Made by a program: the position numbers and the translations under genes. The notes beneath the pieces were generated by a model. That model saw nothing but the letters and a program-made list of their open reading frames with translations. It was not told the DNA's origin and ran no database searches. Shown here one piece after another: positions 56,501-64,000 of a DNA stretch of 64,000 nucleotides. This stretch comes from a virus, in the IMG/VR virus record IMGVR_UViG_3300030202_002822; one strand, 5' to 3'. Every line of letters starts with the position of its first letter. Position 1 is the first letter of the stretch.

Positions 56501-57764
56501 AGTAAGAGATTCTGATAATGGAAATCCTACTTTCTATTCTGATTTACAATCGGCTTTAGATACTTGTAAGACTGCTGGAAGTTATAATACTGTTACTTTA
56601 TATAGTAACCATACCACCACTACTGGAATTGTTATAGATGGTACTTTTGATTATAAGTATTTAACAATAAATTTTAATGGATTTAAGTTAGAAAATACAC
56701 AATCAGACGCTACTCATACTCTTGAGGTATTAAGTCTCGTTGCAGGTGCTACTACGGTTTTATTAGATGGAAGTTTAATAAGAGAAAATGGAACAACAGG
56801 AAAATGTATTCAACATAACGGTGCTACAAGAGTTATTCAAATGTCCAAAATGTATTTATATAATGAAAATTACATAACACTAAATTTTGGGTCAACTGGT
56901 GGGGTATTTGACTTTGGTGGAAGTATTTTTGAAAGTGGAGCAAGTGCTACAATACAACCTTTAAGATTAACTTATGGTAATTTTAGAAACTTTACTGTTA
57001 TAAGTAATTCTTCATCAGATGCTTTATTTATGACTAATGGTGCTAAGGCTACAGACTTTATAGTAATAAATAAAAGTACTGGAGGCGGTATAACAACTCA
57101 AACTAGTTGTATCGCGTCAAACTTTTACGCTGAAACTGTTAGTGGAAATGCTGTAGGTAGTGGTATTTTTAGTAATTTTGTTGCTAAGAGTGTAAGTGGA
57201 GTTGCGGTAAATAGTCCAACAGAAGCACATGATTTTGTAGCAACAACTGGAGATAATAAAGCAGTTAATATTGGAGGTGAAAATATTTCAAATTTCAGAG
57301 CAGAGAATAATTCATCTACACATGCTTGTGTTTATATGTCTAACACAGAAGAGTGTGTTCAAGTTTATGCTAAAAATAAAGGAAGTGGATATGGGATTCA
57401 TGTTTTTAGAAATCAAGCAAATAGGTCTTTTTCTTATAATAGAATAACAGCAATAAGTGAAGGAGGAATTGCTGCAAACCTAGGTTCTAATCCAGGATTT
57501 AAAATATTATTTTCAGATTGTGAGTTTGTATCAAAGTGGAATGATGTTGGAGGTCATTCTGTCCAAATAGGTGGAAATGATACGGTTTTAACAAATTGTT
57601 CACTTAGAGTTAGGAATGCTGGGGCTAATAATATTACAGCATTATCAGCAATATCAGCTAAAGTAGCTAATTCTACTTTTGATGGTGCCACAACACCGAT
57701 AAACTCAAACGTAACTTTATCAAATACGTTTACTAGTGACCCATATGGGAATATAACTATATAG
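53505..57764 (+). CDS. Large mosaic fibre protein, 1419 aa
   Basis: Five F(V/T)TG shaft repeats, IYTADG module, LELSTTTDG..PRLTTAQ module, C-terminal beta-helix. Confidence 0.8.
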   Translation: MSCSENTSNINKTFIVEGNGNDSFIEHTILDSYKGIKSNDMYLIWDDLTIESGSTLANDGRVVIVNGNFNNFGSYSGSGTVELITTNLEYILNYGNQTNGNLIFYTNSPSGWVSGDTVSDISAATGNVLVTKEWVELATSVDNNDFTTGATLIDETIVFNRKDSLSAYTVDISSVNSGDTFVTGFTKSGNTLEIERNDGVNLSLSIDDIAFSGGSGNCITDLYVTNINGCSPINVKDDLIVETKLTLSGTPLLDNTLPQLLVRDSATGEIKYRDVDSVDTFVTGATLVNKELVLDRSDSLSAVTVDLSGLTSNTGAGLTYNETTGKIDLGGVLNHNDPSNAANNVYFIPSTGSNIVRWGADSLGNLPVNSGGSAEYISRFDYVSFQGEHKIFGASGHLGVNIGVYESQTSNNYLKQYKDVAQITIQSTPGVNSSMTFLESDSPNIWNRTIWESHDSNTRSYSKQTFDEFEWNVYNNVGGDNAASKTFFHIESERIVAGAVNSGGTKFGIFQFSPLNIQFLDGDFKGIFTAPSTTYVGDVTKSYLSIVNNLNVSDDSFFNDGTSNKRGIKYKGFGETNTETGVGANYSTLVGTSLVPKKYVDDYIASPSGNTFVTGTTFTNNQLNIALNNGTSVGTTIDNLSGLTVDGNVLVNGDVNIIGTATTINSEQVLIKDNIITLNSNVTGSTTPVLNSGFEVLRGSGDTKSILWLENTDLWSIDDDLSVSGYVSGTTYYGDGSNLTGIDDTFVTGGTYSGSTIVLNRNDGNSVNVTGITSDSIYTADGALTGNRAIDTGNNTLTIDGSNATTSNRKIFVIDKPSGEALSLDEDGDLLINGSIRNSTFFGVEANQNGYWYHGTIRSVIIGKTNTTTRTQFNQNGTLFFNNLNAEIHRIGLAGGGNGEYTTFFKTGFASNRKFIVGGTTSISTEDISLQGDTLISKKLELSTTTDGMLMPRLTTAQMNAISSPDTHLVIFNTDLNALYRYNGSAWVAMAAGYGLVGVVRDSDNGNPTFYSDLQSALDTCKTAGSYNTVTLYSNHTTTTGIVIDGTFDYKYLTINFNGFKLENTQSDATHTLEVLSLVAGATTVLLDGSLIRENGTTGKCIQHNGATRVIQMSKMYLYNENYITLNFGSTGGVFDFGGSIFESGASATIQPLRLTYGNFRNFTVISNSSSDALFMTNGAKATDFIVINKSTGGGITTQTSCIASNFYAETVSGNAVGSGIFSNFVAKSVSGVAVNSPTEAHDFVATTGDNKAVNIGGENISNFRAENNSSTHACVYMSNTEECVQVYAKNKGSGYGIHVFRNQANRSFSYNRITAISEGGIAANLGSNPGFKILFSDCEFVSKWNDVGGHSVQIGGNDTVLTNCSLRVRNAGANNITALSAISAKVANSTFDGATTPINSNVTLSNTFTSDPYGNITI
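55733..55850 (+). repeat. Connector module C (DTFVTGGTYSGSTI.LNRNDGNSV..TGITS.SIYT.DG)
   Basis: Close copy at ~60084-60200. Confidence 0.9.
56314..56590 (+). repeat. Connector module A, copy 1 (LELSTTTDG..PRLTTAQ..YG..NPTFY.DLQSA)
   Basis: Homologous copies at ~58560-58795 and ~60634-60900; 31-nt exact match 56458-56488 = 58698-58728. Confidence 0.9.
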
Positions 57765-57781
57765 AATAAAAAAGAATAATA

Positions 57782-59875
57782 ATGGCAATACAAAATATAA
57801 ATTTTAACCCAAAACCTGAAAAGGGTGTTAGTTATTCAGCTATTACTGATAGCAGTGTTGATTGGACTGGTATTACTAATAGTACTTATTTCTATGACAA
57901 GGCAAGCAATTTACCATATTATAAAAATTCTGGAGGTACAGTCGTTTCTTTATTTGAGGAAGGTGGTAGTGGTGGTAGTAGTGATACATTATATACTGCT
58001 GACGGCACTTTGTCGGGTGATAGAATTGTAAGTTTAAGTAGTAATGATTTAACCTTTAATGGTACAGGGCTGTTTAAGGTTTCAAACGGGGCTAAGTCTG
58101 TTTACCCTTCTTGGAATACGCATTCAGTATTTAATATTGATAATGGAAATGGAACAGTTTGGTCTTTATATAACGCTAATACATCATCCACTTTTAATGC
58201 TAATGAGTTTGGTATAGGAGTTGGGGCAAGTGTACCATTTAGAATTTTTAACAATACAAGTGTAGCTTTAGGTGGGGTTAGTAAATCTAATTTAGATACC
58301 AATTATAGTGTACAAACAAACGGAAACACTTTAATTGGTGGGAATATAGATGCAAAATCAGGTACAAATCTTTTATCTTTTGACTTTACTAATTATTCTA
58401 AAATAAAAATTGGAACCAGTACTTCCCAATGGTGGTTTGTAAACAGTAATGCGGGTAATTCCTCTACGTTTGATGATAACGATTTGTACTTATGGGACTC
58501 AACAAATAGTAGAAAAGTAGTAAGGTTTAATGCAAACGGAAGTACTGAACTATTAAATAAAGTTGAGTTATCAACTACAACGGATGGTTTATTGATACCA
58601 AGATTAACAACGGCTCAAATGAATGCCATCTCATCACCAGATACACATTTATTAGTATTTAATACTGATTTAAATGGTTTATATAGGTATAATGGTGCTG
58701 CATGGGTGGCTATGGCTGCTGGTTATGGGATTGTTAGTCTTAACGATTCAAGTGGTAACCCTACTTTTTATGCTGATTTACAAAGTGCAATAAATGCATC
58801 AAGTGCAGATGATGAAATTTCAATACATTCAGATTTAACACTAACTGCAGAAGTTACAATTACAAAAAGATTAAGAATTGCTATGAATGGTAATACTATT
58901 ACTTTTAATAGTGCAACGACTGATAACACGTTAGACATTAATTATGTTGGCTCTAATGGTGTTTTTACTTTTACTGGTGGTGGTAAAATTGTTAGAACTG
59001 GGGGAAGCGCAAGCGCGGGAAATTCTTTGTGTGTTTACAGAAATACAAGTGATACTTTAGATTTAGGTTCAACCCAATTAGTAAATGATTTTGGTACTTG
59101 TATTTATGCTTTAGGTGGTGGTGATGTTTTCAACGGGCAATTTTGGGGTGAAGGTATAGCGGTTGCGGCAACACCTGCAAATTTTTATTTTGCAAATATT
59201 TATTCAAATAATAGCCATGGTCTTTACTCCAATGATAACAACACTTTTATTTCAAATAGTGTTATAAATGCGCCAAATGGAAACGGTATTCATGGAAGGG
59301 CAAGCGCAAGATATTGCGAAATAACAAGCGGTTCAAATGGTATTGATGGTTGCAGAAACGATGCAATTGGAAACACTATTAACGCAGGGGGGATAGGTAT
59401 TCAAGTTGGGACTGGAGGTGTTACAGTTCAAAATAATATTATCAATTCAACAGGGATTGGAATAAAGTCTTCTTCAACAACTGAAATTATTGGTAATACT
59501 GTTACAAGTGTAGATTCTGCAGTTTATGCATTAACAGGCTCAAATATTATTAGTAATCCATTGTTAAAATCAACAGGTCATCATGCAGTTAGAGGTTCAC
59601 AATATGGAGATGTTATAAATAATGTTATTATAACAACAAGTAATAATGCTGCACATTATGGGGTAGCAACAGGTAACCCTGCAACTCATCATATTCTGGA
59701 TAACTATATTGAGGTTGCAAATGCTGGGGCATATGGAATTTATCAAGGTGTTACTAATACATTTGTATATTCGGCTGGAAATAAATTTAAAGGTATGACA
59801 ATAGCCTTAAGTTTATCAAATGGGAATCAACAAACAAACACATCAGACGCATACGGAAATATAATAATCGGATAA
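57782..59875 (+). CDS. Mosaic fibre protein, 697 aa
   Basis: DWTG N-module, LYTADG module, PRLTTAQ module, beta-helix C-terminus ending SDAYGNIII. Confidence 0.8.
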   Translation: MAIQNINFNPKPEKGVSYSAITDSSVDWTGITNSTYFYDKASNLPYYKNSGGTVVSLFEEGGSGGSSDTLYTADGTLSGDRIVSLSSNDLTFNGTGLFKVSNGAKSVYPSWNTHSVFNIDNGNGTVWSLYNANTSSTFNANEFGIGVGASVPFRIFNNTSVALGGVSKSNLDTNYSVQTNGNTLIGGNIDAKSGTNLLSFDFTNYSKIKIGTSTSQWWFVNSNAGNSSTFDDNDLYLWDSTNSRKVVRFNANGSTELLNKVELSTTTDGLLIPRLTTAQMNAISSPDTHLLVFNTDLNGLYRYNGAAWVAMAAGYGIVSLNDSSGNPTFYADLQSAINASSADDEISIHSDLTLTAEVTITKRLRIAMNGNTITFNSATTDNTLDINYVGSNGVFTFTGGGKIVRTGGSASAGNSLCVYRNTSDTLDLGSTQLVNDFGTCIYALGGGDVFNGQFWGEGIAVAATPANFYFANIYSNNSHGLYSNDNNTFISNSVINAPNGNGIHGRASARYCEITSGSNGIDGCRNDAIGNTINAGGIGIQVGTGGVTVQNNIINSTGIGIKSSSTTEIIGNTVTSVDSAVYALTGSNIISNPLLKSTGHHAVRGSQYGDVINNVIITTSNNAAHYGVATGNPATHHILDNYIEVANAGAYGIYQGVTNTFVYSAGNKFKGMTIALSLSNGNQQTNTSDAYGNIIIG
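57820..57990 (+). repeat. N-terminal docking module (DWTG...YFYDK...PYYKNSGG)
   Basis: Copies at ~59925-60090, ~62228-62374 and a diverged copy at ~1835-1973 (minus). Confidence 0.9.
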
Positions 59876-59885
59876 TAATTAAACT

Positions 59886-62162
59886 ATGGGAGTTAACAAT
59901 TTAAATACAGGAATTAAACAAGAAAAAGGTGTTACTTATACGGCAACTACTGATAGTAGTGTTGATTGGACTGGTATTACCAATAGCACTTATTTCTATG
60001 ATAAAGCTACCGATTTACCGTATTATAAGAACTCTGGTGGTACGGTTATATCTTTGTTTGAATCTGGTGGCGGTGGTGGTAGTGATACGTTTGTTACTGG
60101 TGGTACATACTCTGGTAGTACAATCATACTTAATAGAAATGATGGTAACTCGGTAGATATAACTGGTATTACAAGTAGTAGTATTTATACTCAAGATGGT
60201 ACAATAGGAACAGGAAGAGTTGCAACTTTAACAGATACTTTAAGATTTAAAGATGGTACTTTGCAAGTAGAAGGGTCGAACACATCAAGCGCCTCTTCAG
60301 CATCACAAATTTATAATTCAGGACCTAATTTGTTATGGGACTTTAGAAATAATGGAGATTTACTGCCAAGTCAAAATGTTAACATTTTAGGTAGCTCTAG
60401 TTCTGTAAGTAGTTTTACTTTTTGTAGGCCAGCAAATCCAAGCGGTTACGGAGCTGGAATAAATATTGATTTACATAACTCAAGTAGTGCTCAGGCAACT
60501 TATGCGAGATTTACGTCTATAATTGAAAGTAATACAGCTGGTAGTCATACAGGGAGATTAGAGCTAAGAGTTGCAGATGGTGGAACAGTAACTACAAAGA
60601 TGACTATAAAAAATGATTCTACTATAATAAGTGAAAAATTAGAACTATCCACAACAACTGATGGTTTCTTAATGCCACGTTTGACAACAGCTCAGAAAAA
60701 CGCAATAAGTTCACCAGATACCAACTTAATGGTGTTTGATACAGACTTAAGTAGCTTACAAAGATATAATGGTTCTGCATGGGTAGATGTTGCGGCTGGG
60801 TATGGAGTTATTGAAGTAATAAAAGATTCAGATAATGGAAATCCTACTTTTTATTCTGATTTACAAAGTGCTTTAGAAACTTGTAAAACAGCTGGGAGTA
60901 GTAATACGATTAATATCTATTCTAATATAACAATAACATCTGCTATTAATATAAATAGAGGTGGTAGTGGAGTGGGTAATGGATATCAATATAAAAATTT
61001 AACTATTGATTTTAATGGGTTTACACTAACAAATAATGAAACAGATAGTAGTTATTGCTTTGATATTTCTTTTGGGAATATAGCTTCAGAAAATAGACAA
61101 ATAACTTTTAAAAATGGAATAGTAAACAGAACTAGTGGTATTGGTACTCACTATGCCTTACATTGTGATGAAACTGAAAATGATGGACATTTAATTATGT
61201 CTAATATGAATTGGTATTGTGAAAATAGTAATACTGCTAGGTTAGAAATAGATGAATTAGATAGTAGTTATAAAGATTTTGGTGGTAGTGTGTTTGAATC
61301 AGATGGGGGAACTCCATTAAGACTTCAACATTATAGCTGTAAAAATTTTACAACTATAAGTAATTCATCTTCAGGGTCTGTAGTTTTAGTTAGTGGGGCT
61401 AAAGCAACTAATTTTGAAGTGATTAACACATCTACAGGAGATGGTATTGACATAGGTGGTGATTCTGATGTTAGTTTTTTTAAAGTAAAAACCACAAGCG
61501 GAATAGGAATAGACTGCGGTGATGACTGTCAAGGTGTTTTTACTAATTTTTATATTGAAACCACAACAGGGGATGGTATTGATACATTAGGAACTAATGC
61601 CGCATATAAGTTAAGATTTTCTAATTTTGAAATAAGGTGTGATAATGGTATATGTATAGACTCAAACCATACAAATACTTTTTTTAGTAATTTTACTTTA
61701 AGTAATAATGGTTCAACTTATACAATATCTACAGCAAATAACTCTCAATCTACTTTTTCTAATGGTACAGCTATAAATTATGGTTCAGGTCAAGTTGTTT
61801 ATGTGGGTAATACAACTAATCTTAATTTTAAACATATCGATTTTATTTCAAAAGGCGGTTCTGTTGGTACTATTTCATTAGATAATAGTAATTATAATGT
61901 TTATTTTGAAAATTGCACTTTCCATACTGAATTTGATGATGCAGCTGGTGTTAATTTAACAATAACTAATAGTACAGGTACTATAGTACTTACTACTTGT
62001 AGTTTTAGGGTGACAAATAGTTCAGCTAATTGTCTTTATGCTACATCGACAAAGACGATAAGTGTAGGTAATAGTAATTTTAAAGGTGCTACAACCCCCA
62101 TTAACTCAAACATAACTTTAAATCACTTAGAAAGTGATGCTTTTGGTAACGTTACCACATAA
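59886..62162 (+). CDS. Mosaic fibre protein, 758 aa
   Basis: Same modules as the two upstream genes; ends GATTPINSNITL...SDAFGNV. Confidence 0.8.
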   Translation: MGVNNLNTGIKQEKGVTYTATTDSSVDWTGITNSTYFYDKATDLPYYKNSGGTVISLFESGGGGGSDTFVTGGTYSGSTIILNRNDGNSVDITGITSSSIYTQDGTIGTGRVATLTDTLRFKDGTLQVEGSNTSSASSASQIYNSGPNLLWDFRNNGDLLPSQNVNILGSSSSVSSFTFCRPANPSGYGAGINIDLHNSSSAQATYARFTSIIESNTAGSHTGRLELRVADGGTVTTKMTIKNDSTIISEKLELSTTTDGFLMPRLTTAQKNAISSPDTNLMVFDTDLSSLQRYNGSAWVDVAAGYGVIEVIKDSDNGNPTFYSDLQSALETCKTAGSSNTINIYSNITITSAININRGGSGVGNGYQYKNLTIDFNGFTLTNNETDSSYCFDISFGNIASENRQITFKNGIVNRTSGIGTHYALHCDETENDGHLIMSNMNWYCENSNTARLEIDELDSSYKDFGGSVFESDGGTPLRLQHYSCKNFTTISNSSSGSVVLVSGAKATNFEVINTSTGDGIDIGGDSDVSFFKVKTTSGIGIDCGDDCQGVFTNFYIETTTGDGIDTLGTNAAYKLRFSNFEIRCDNGICIDSNHTNTFFSNFTLSNNGSTYTISTANNSQSTFSNGTAINYGSGQVVYVGNTTNLNFKHIDFISKGGSVGTISLDNSNYNVYFENCTFHTEFDDAAGVNLTITNSTGTIVLTTCSFRVTNSSANCLYATSTKTISVGNSNFKGATTPINSNITLNHLESDAFGNVTT

Positions 62163-62188
62163 TTATAAATAAATAAATAAATAAAAAC

Positions 62189-64000
62189 ATGGCAGTAACT
62201 ACAACTAAATTACCAAATACCGCAATAGGTATAACATATTCAGTAATAACTGACTCATCTTCTGATTGGACCTCAGTAAGTAATGATGTGTACTTTTTTG
62301 ATAAGGCTACCGATTTACCATATTATAAGAATTCAAGTGGGACAGTGGTTAAAGTGTTTGAAGAAGGTGGTGGTACTACAAATTTAAGTATAGGAAGTAA
62401 AACTTCAACAACATTAGATATAGTAAGCTCGGATGGTACAGACGCTACAGTTCCAGCTGTAACAACTTCAGAGGCTGGTTTGTCTTCTGCAGCAGATAAA
62501 ACAAAGTTGGATGGTATTGAGGCTAGTGCTGATGTAACTGACACGACTAACGTTACCTCTGCTGGTGCTTTAATGGATTCTGAGGTGACTAACTTAGCTC
62601 AGGTTAAGGCTTTTGACTCATCAGATTATGCCACCTCTGCACAGGGTACTCTTGCCACAAATGCATTGCCAAAATCTGGTGGTGCTATGACAGGAGCTAT
62701 TACTACTAATAGTACGTTTGATGGAAGAGATGTTGCTACTGATGGTACAAAATTAGACGGTATTGAAGCTGGTGCTGATGTGACGGACACAGCTAATGTT
62801 ACTTCTGCTGGTGCTTTAATGGATTCAGAAGTAACTGACCTTTCGGGTGTAAAAGCGGTAACTATTTCTACGCTTCAAGTTAAGCCTAGTGAGGGTGCAT
62901 TTGCCAATGGGGATAAAACAAAACTAGACGGTATTGAAGCTAGTGCGACTATTGACCAAACAGATGCTGAAATAGAGACTGCGTATAATAATCAAGTTGC
63001 TGTAGCTACTCAAGCAGAAGCAGAAGCTGGTACTTCAACTGATGTAAAAAGATTTACACCCCAAAGAGTTAAACAAGCTATTGACGCTTTATCTGGTGGT
63101 GGTAGTGGTAATGCTGTTACTTTGTCAGTTCAGAAAGATTCTTCTGGAACAATAAATAAGGGTCAGGTTGTTAGATTATCTGACTATGATATTGTTGCTG
63201 ATGTTACTACTGTTGAGTTAGCGGATAATAGTGCTGGTTCTACAATGCCAGCAATAGGTATTGCAACTAGTAGTATTGGTATTGCTAGTACTGGTGCGGT
63301 GGTTGTATTCGGTAAAGCTACTGGATTAGATACTTCTTCGTTATCATTAGGTGATGTTTATGTTAGTACTTCTGGAAACCTAACTAACACCAAACCTACT
63401 GGAACATCAATAGTTCAAAGAATAGGTAAAGTAACTAGAGTTAGTTCCACAGTTGGTGAAATTATAGTTTTTGGTGGTGGTATGGATAATGTTAATTCTA
63501 GTACTGCTGATTATGTAAGAACTTCTATAGTTACTGGTGGGGTTTCAGCTTCATATGCTAGTGCTGACCAAGTGGTGCCAATGACAGTTCAATCAGAAAA
63601 TAGTAACACTGATAAGTTTACTATGACTAGTAATGGTATTAGGGTTAATCAAGCTGGTAGATATAGAGTTAATTGTGGTACATCTATCGCTAGTACAGGT
63701 ACTCAAAGAGCTAACCCTATTATGAAGATAACGGTTAATAATAATATAGCTCAAGATGCCAATAGTCAGGATTATCAATCCTCTGAACATTACGCTAGAA
63801 ACGCAGGTAGTGCAAATACTTCTACATCCTCTTTGGATATAGTACTTGATTTAGCTGTTAATGATATTGTTAGAATTATACTAGCAGAAGGTGGTGTTTC
63901 TGGAAATTCAAACGTCAACATTAATTCTACTGGTACATTTCTTGAACTTAGTGAAATGGTAGCTGGTGTTGTTACGCCAGTAACTGGAACTACTAAGGTT
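62189..64000 (+). CDS. Fibre protein with KLDGIEA repeats and C1q/BclA-like domain, truncated by window edge (>604 aa)
   Basis: Not in ORF track; manually translated open from ATG 62189 (MAVTTTKLPNTAIGITYSVITDSSSDWTSVSNDVYFFDKATDLPYYKNSSG...) to 64000. Confidence 0.85.
   Translation, partial: MAVTTTKLPNTAIGITYSVITDSSSDWTSVSNDVYFFDKATDLPYYKNSSGTVVKVFEEGGGTTNLSIGSKTSTTLDIVSSDGTDATVPAVTTSEAGLSSAADKTKLDGIEASADVTDTTNVTSAGALMDSEVTNLAQVKAFDSSDYATSAQGTLATNALPKSGGAMTGAITTNSTFDGRDVATDGTKLDGIEAGADVTDTANVTSAGALMDSEVTDLSGVKAVTISTLQVKPSEGAFANGDKTKLDGIEASATIDQTDAEIETAYNNQVAVATQAEAEAGTSTDVKRFTPQRVKQAIDALSGGGSGNAVTLSVQKDSSGTINKGQVVRLSDYDIVADVTTVELADNSAGSTMPAIGIATSSIGIASTGAVVVFGKATGLDTSSLSLGDVYVSTSGNLTNTKPTGTSIVQRIGKVTRVSSTVGEIIVFGGGMDNVNSSTADYVRTSIVTGGVSASYASADQVVPMTVQSENSNTDKFTMTSNGIRVNQAGRYRVNCGTSIASTGTQRANPIMKITVNNNIAQDANSQDYQSSEHYARNAGSANTSTSSLDIVLDLAVNDIVRIILAEGGVSGNSNVNINSTGTFLELSEMVAGVVTPVTGTTKV
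62495..62950 (+). repeat. Intragenic repeats KLDGIEA.ADVTD..NVTSAGALMDSEVT
   Basis: Copies at ~62495-62595 and ~62741-62842, partial copy at ~62912-62950. Confidence 0.9.

Noticed and set aside
56314-60900. Repeat pairs as DGR template/variable regions
   Set aside because: All copies are in-frame coding, differences are mostly synonymous and not adenine-specific, and there is no reverse transcriptase in the window.
62164-62187. T4-type TATAAATA and (TAAA)n before the last fibre gene (also at 53427)
   Set aside because: Only isolated copies in A-rich spacers; the dominant sense motif is ATATTTAT.
28-63790. Short opposite-strand or alternative-frame ORFs in the track (e.g. 28..270, 7334..7702, 32660..32929, 53816..54442, 57825..58031)
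   Set aside because: Shadows of longer genes that have recognisable motifs; no own start context.
1-64000. Alternative genetic code (stop-codon reassignment as in some jumbo phages)
   Set aside because: Code 11 gives long, tightly packed, motif-complete ORFs; no fragmented genes.
1-64000. tRNA, rRNA, CRISPR array, integrase or IS
   Set aside because: Intergenic gaps are at most about 140 nt and AT-rich; no cloverleaf, repeat-spacer pattern or recombinase motifs were seen.

Overview
A 64-kb, AT-rich, almost fully coding fragment of a large lytic tailed phage (T4-like/jumbo myovirus architecture, standard code 11). A Bacteroidota host is inferred from the absence of Shine-Dalgarno motifs, A-rich start contexts, one TTG-N20-TAnnTTTG promoter and Bacteroidota-type 'PRLTTAQ..AI.SP' fibre modules. 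Layout: 1-9.5 kb (minus) fibres, spike/baseplate and morphogenesis genes; 9.6-10.3 kb gp55-like sigma factor; 10.3-31.5 kb (minus) a very large glycan-building region (about 13 glycosyltransferase-like genes, Gmd, Fcl, an epimerase, a DegT aminotransferase and 2 methyltransferases) interleaved with PhoH, dUTPase and two apparently dead hydrolases; 31.6-34.0 kb putative head-internal proteins; 34.1-43.1 kb (plus) fibre/adhesin genes; 43.2-50.0 kb family-B DNA polymerase, neck protein, glutaredoxin and SNF2 helicase; 50.1-64 kb neck/tail-terminator genes and a tandem array of mosaic fibre genes. Two large edge-truncated ORFs (<1..2024 minus, 62189..>64000 plus) are missing from the supplied ORF track. 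Most interesting: (i) the membrane-free multi-sugar glycosylation locus, a candidate virion-glycosylation system; (ii) a fibre 'construction kit' of shared docking and connector modules; (iii) a sense-strand ATATTTAT motif seen in front of structural genes, a candidate late promoter for the encoded sigma factor. No RNA genes, CRISPR, integrase or reverse transcriptase were seen. All product calls come from motif recognition by eye, not database searches.
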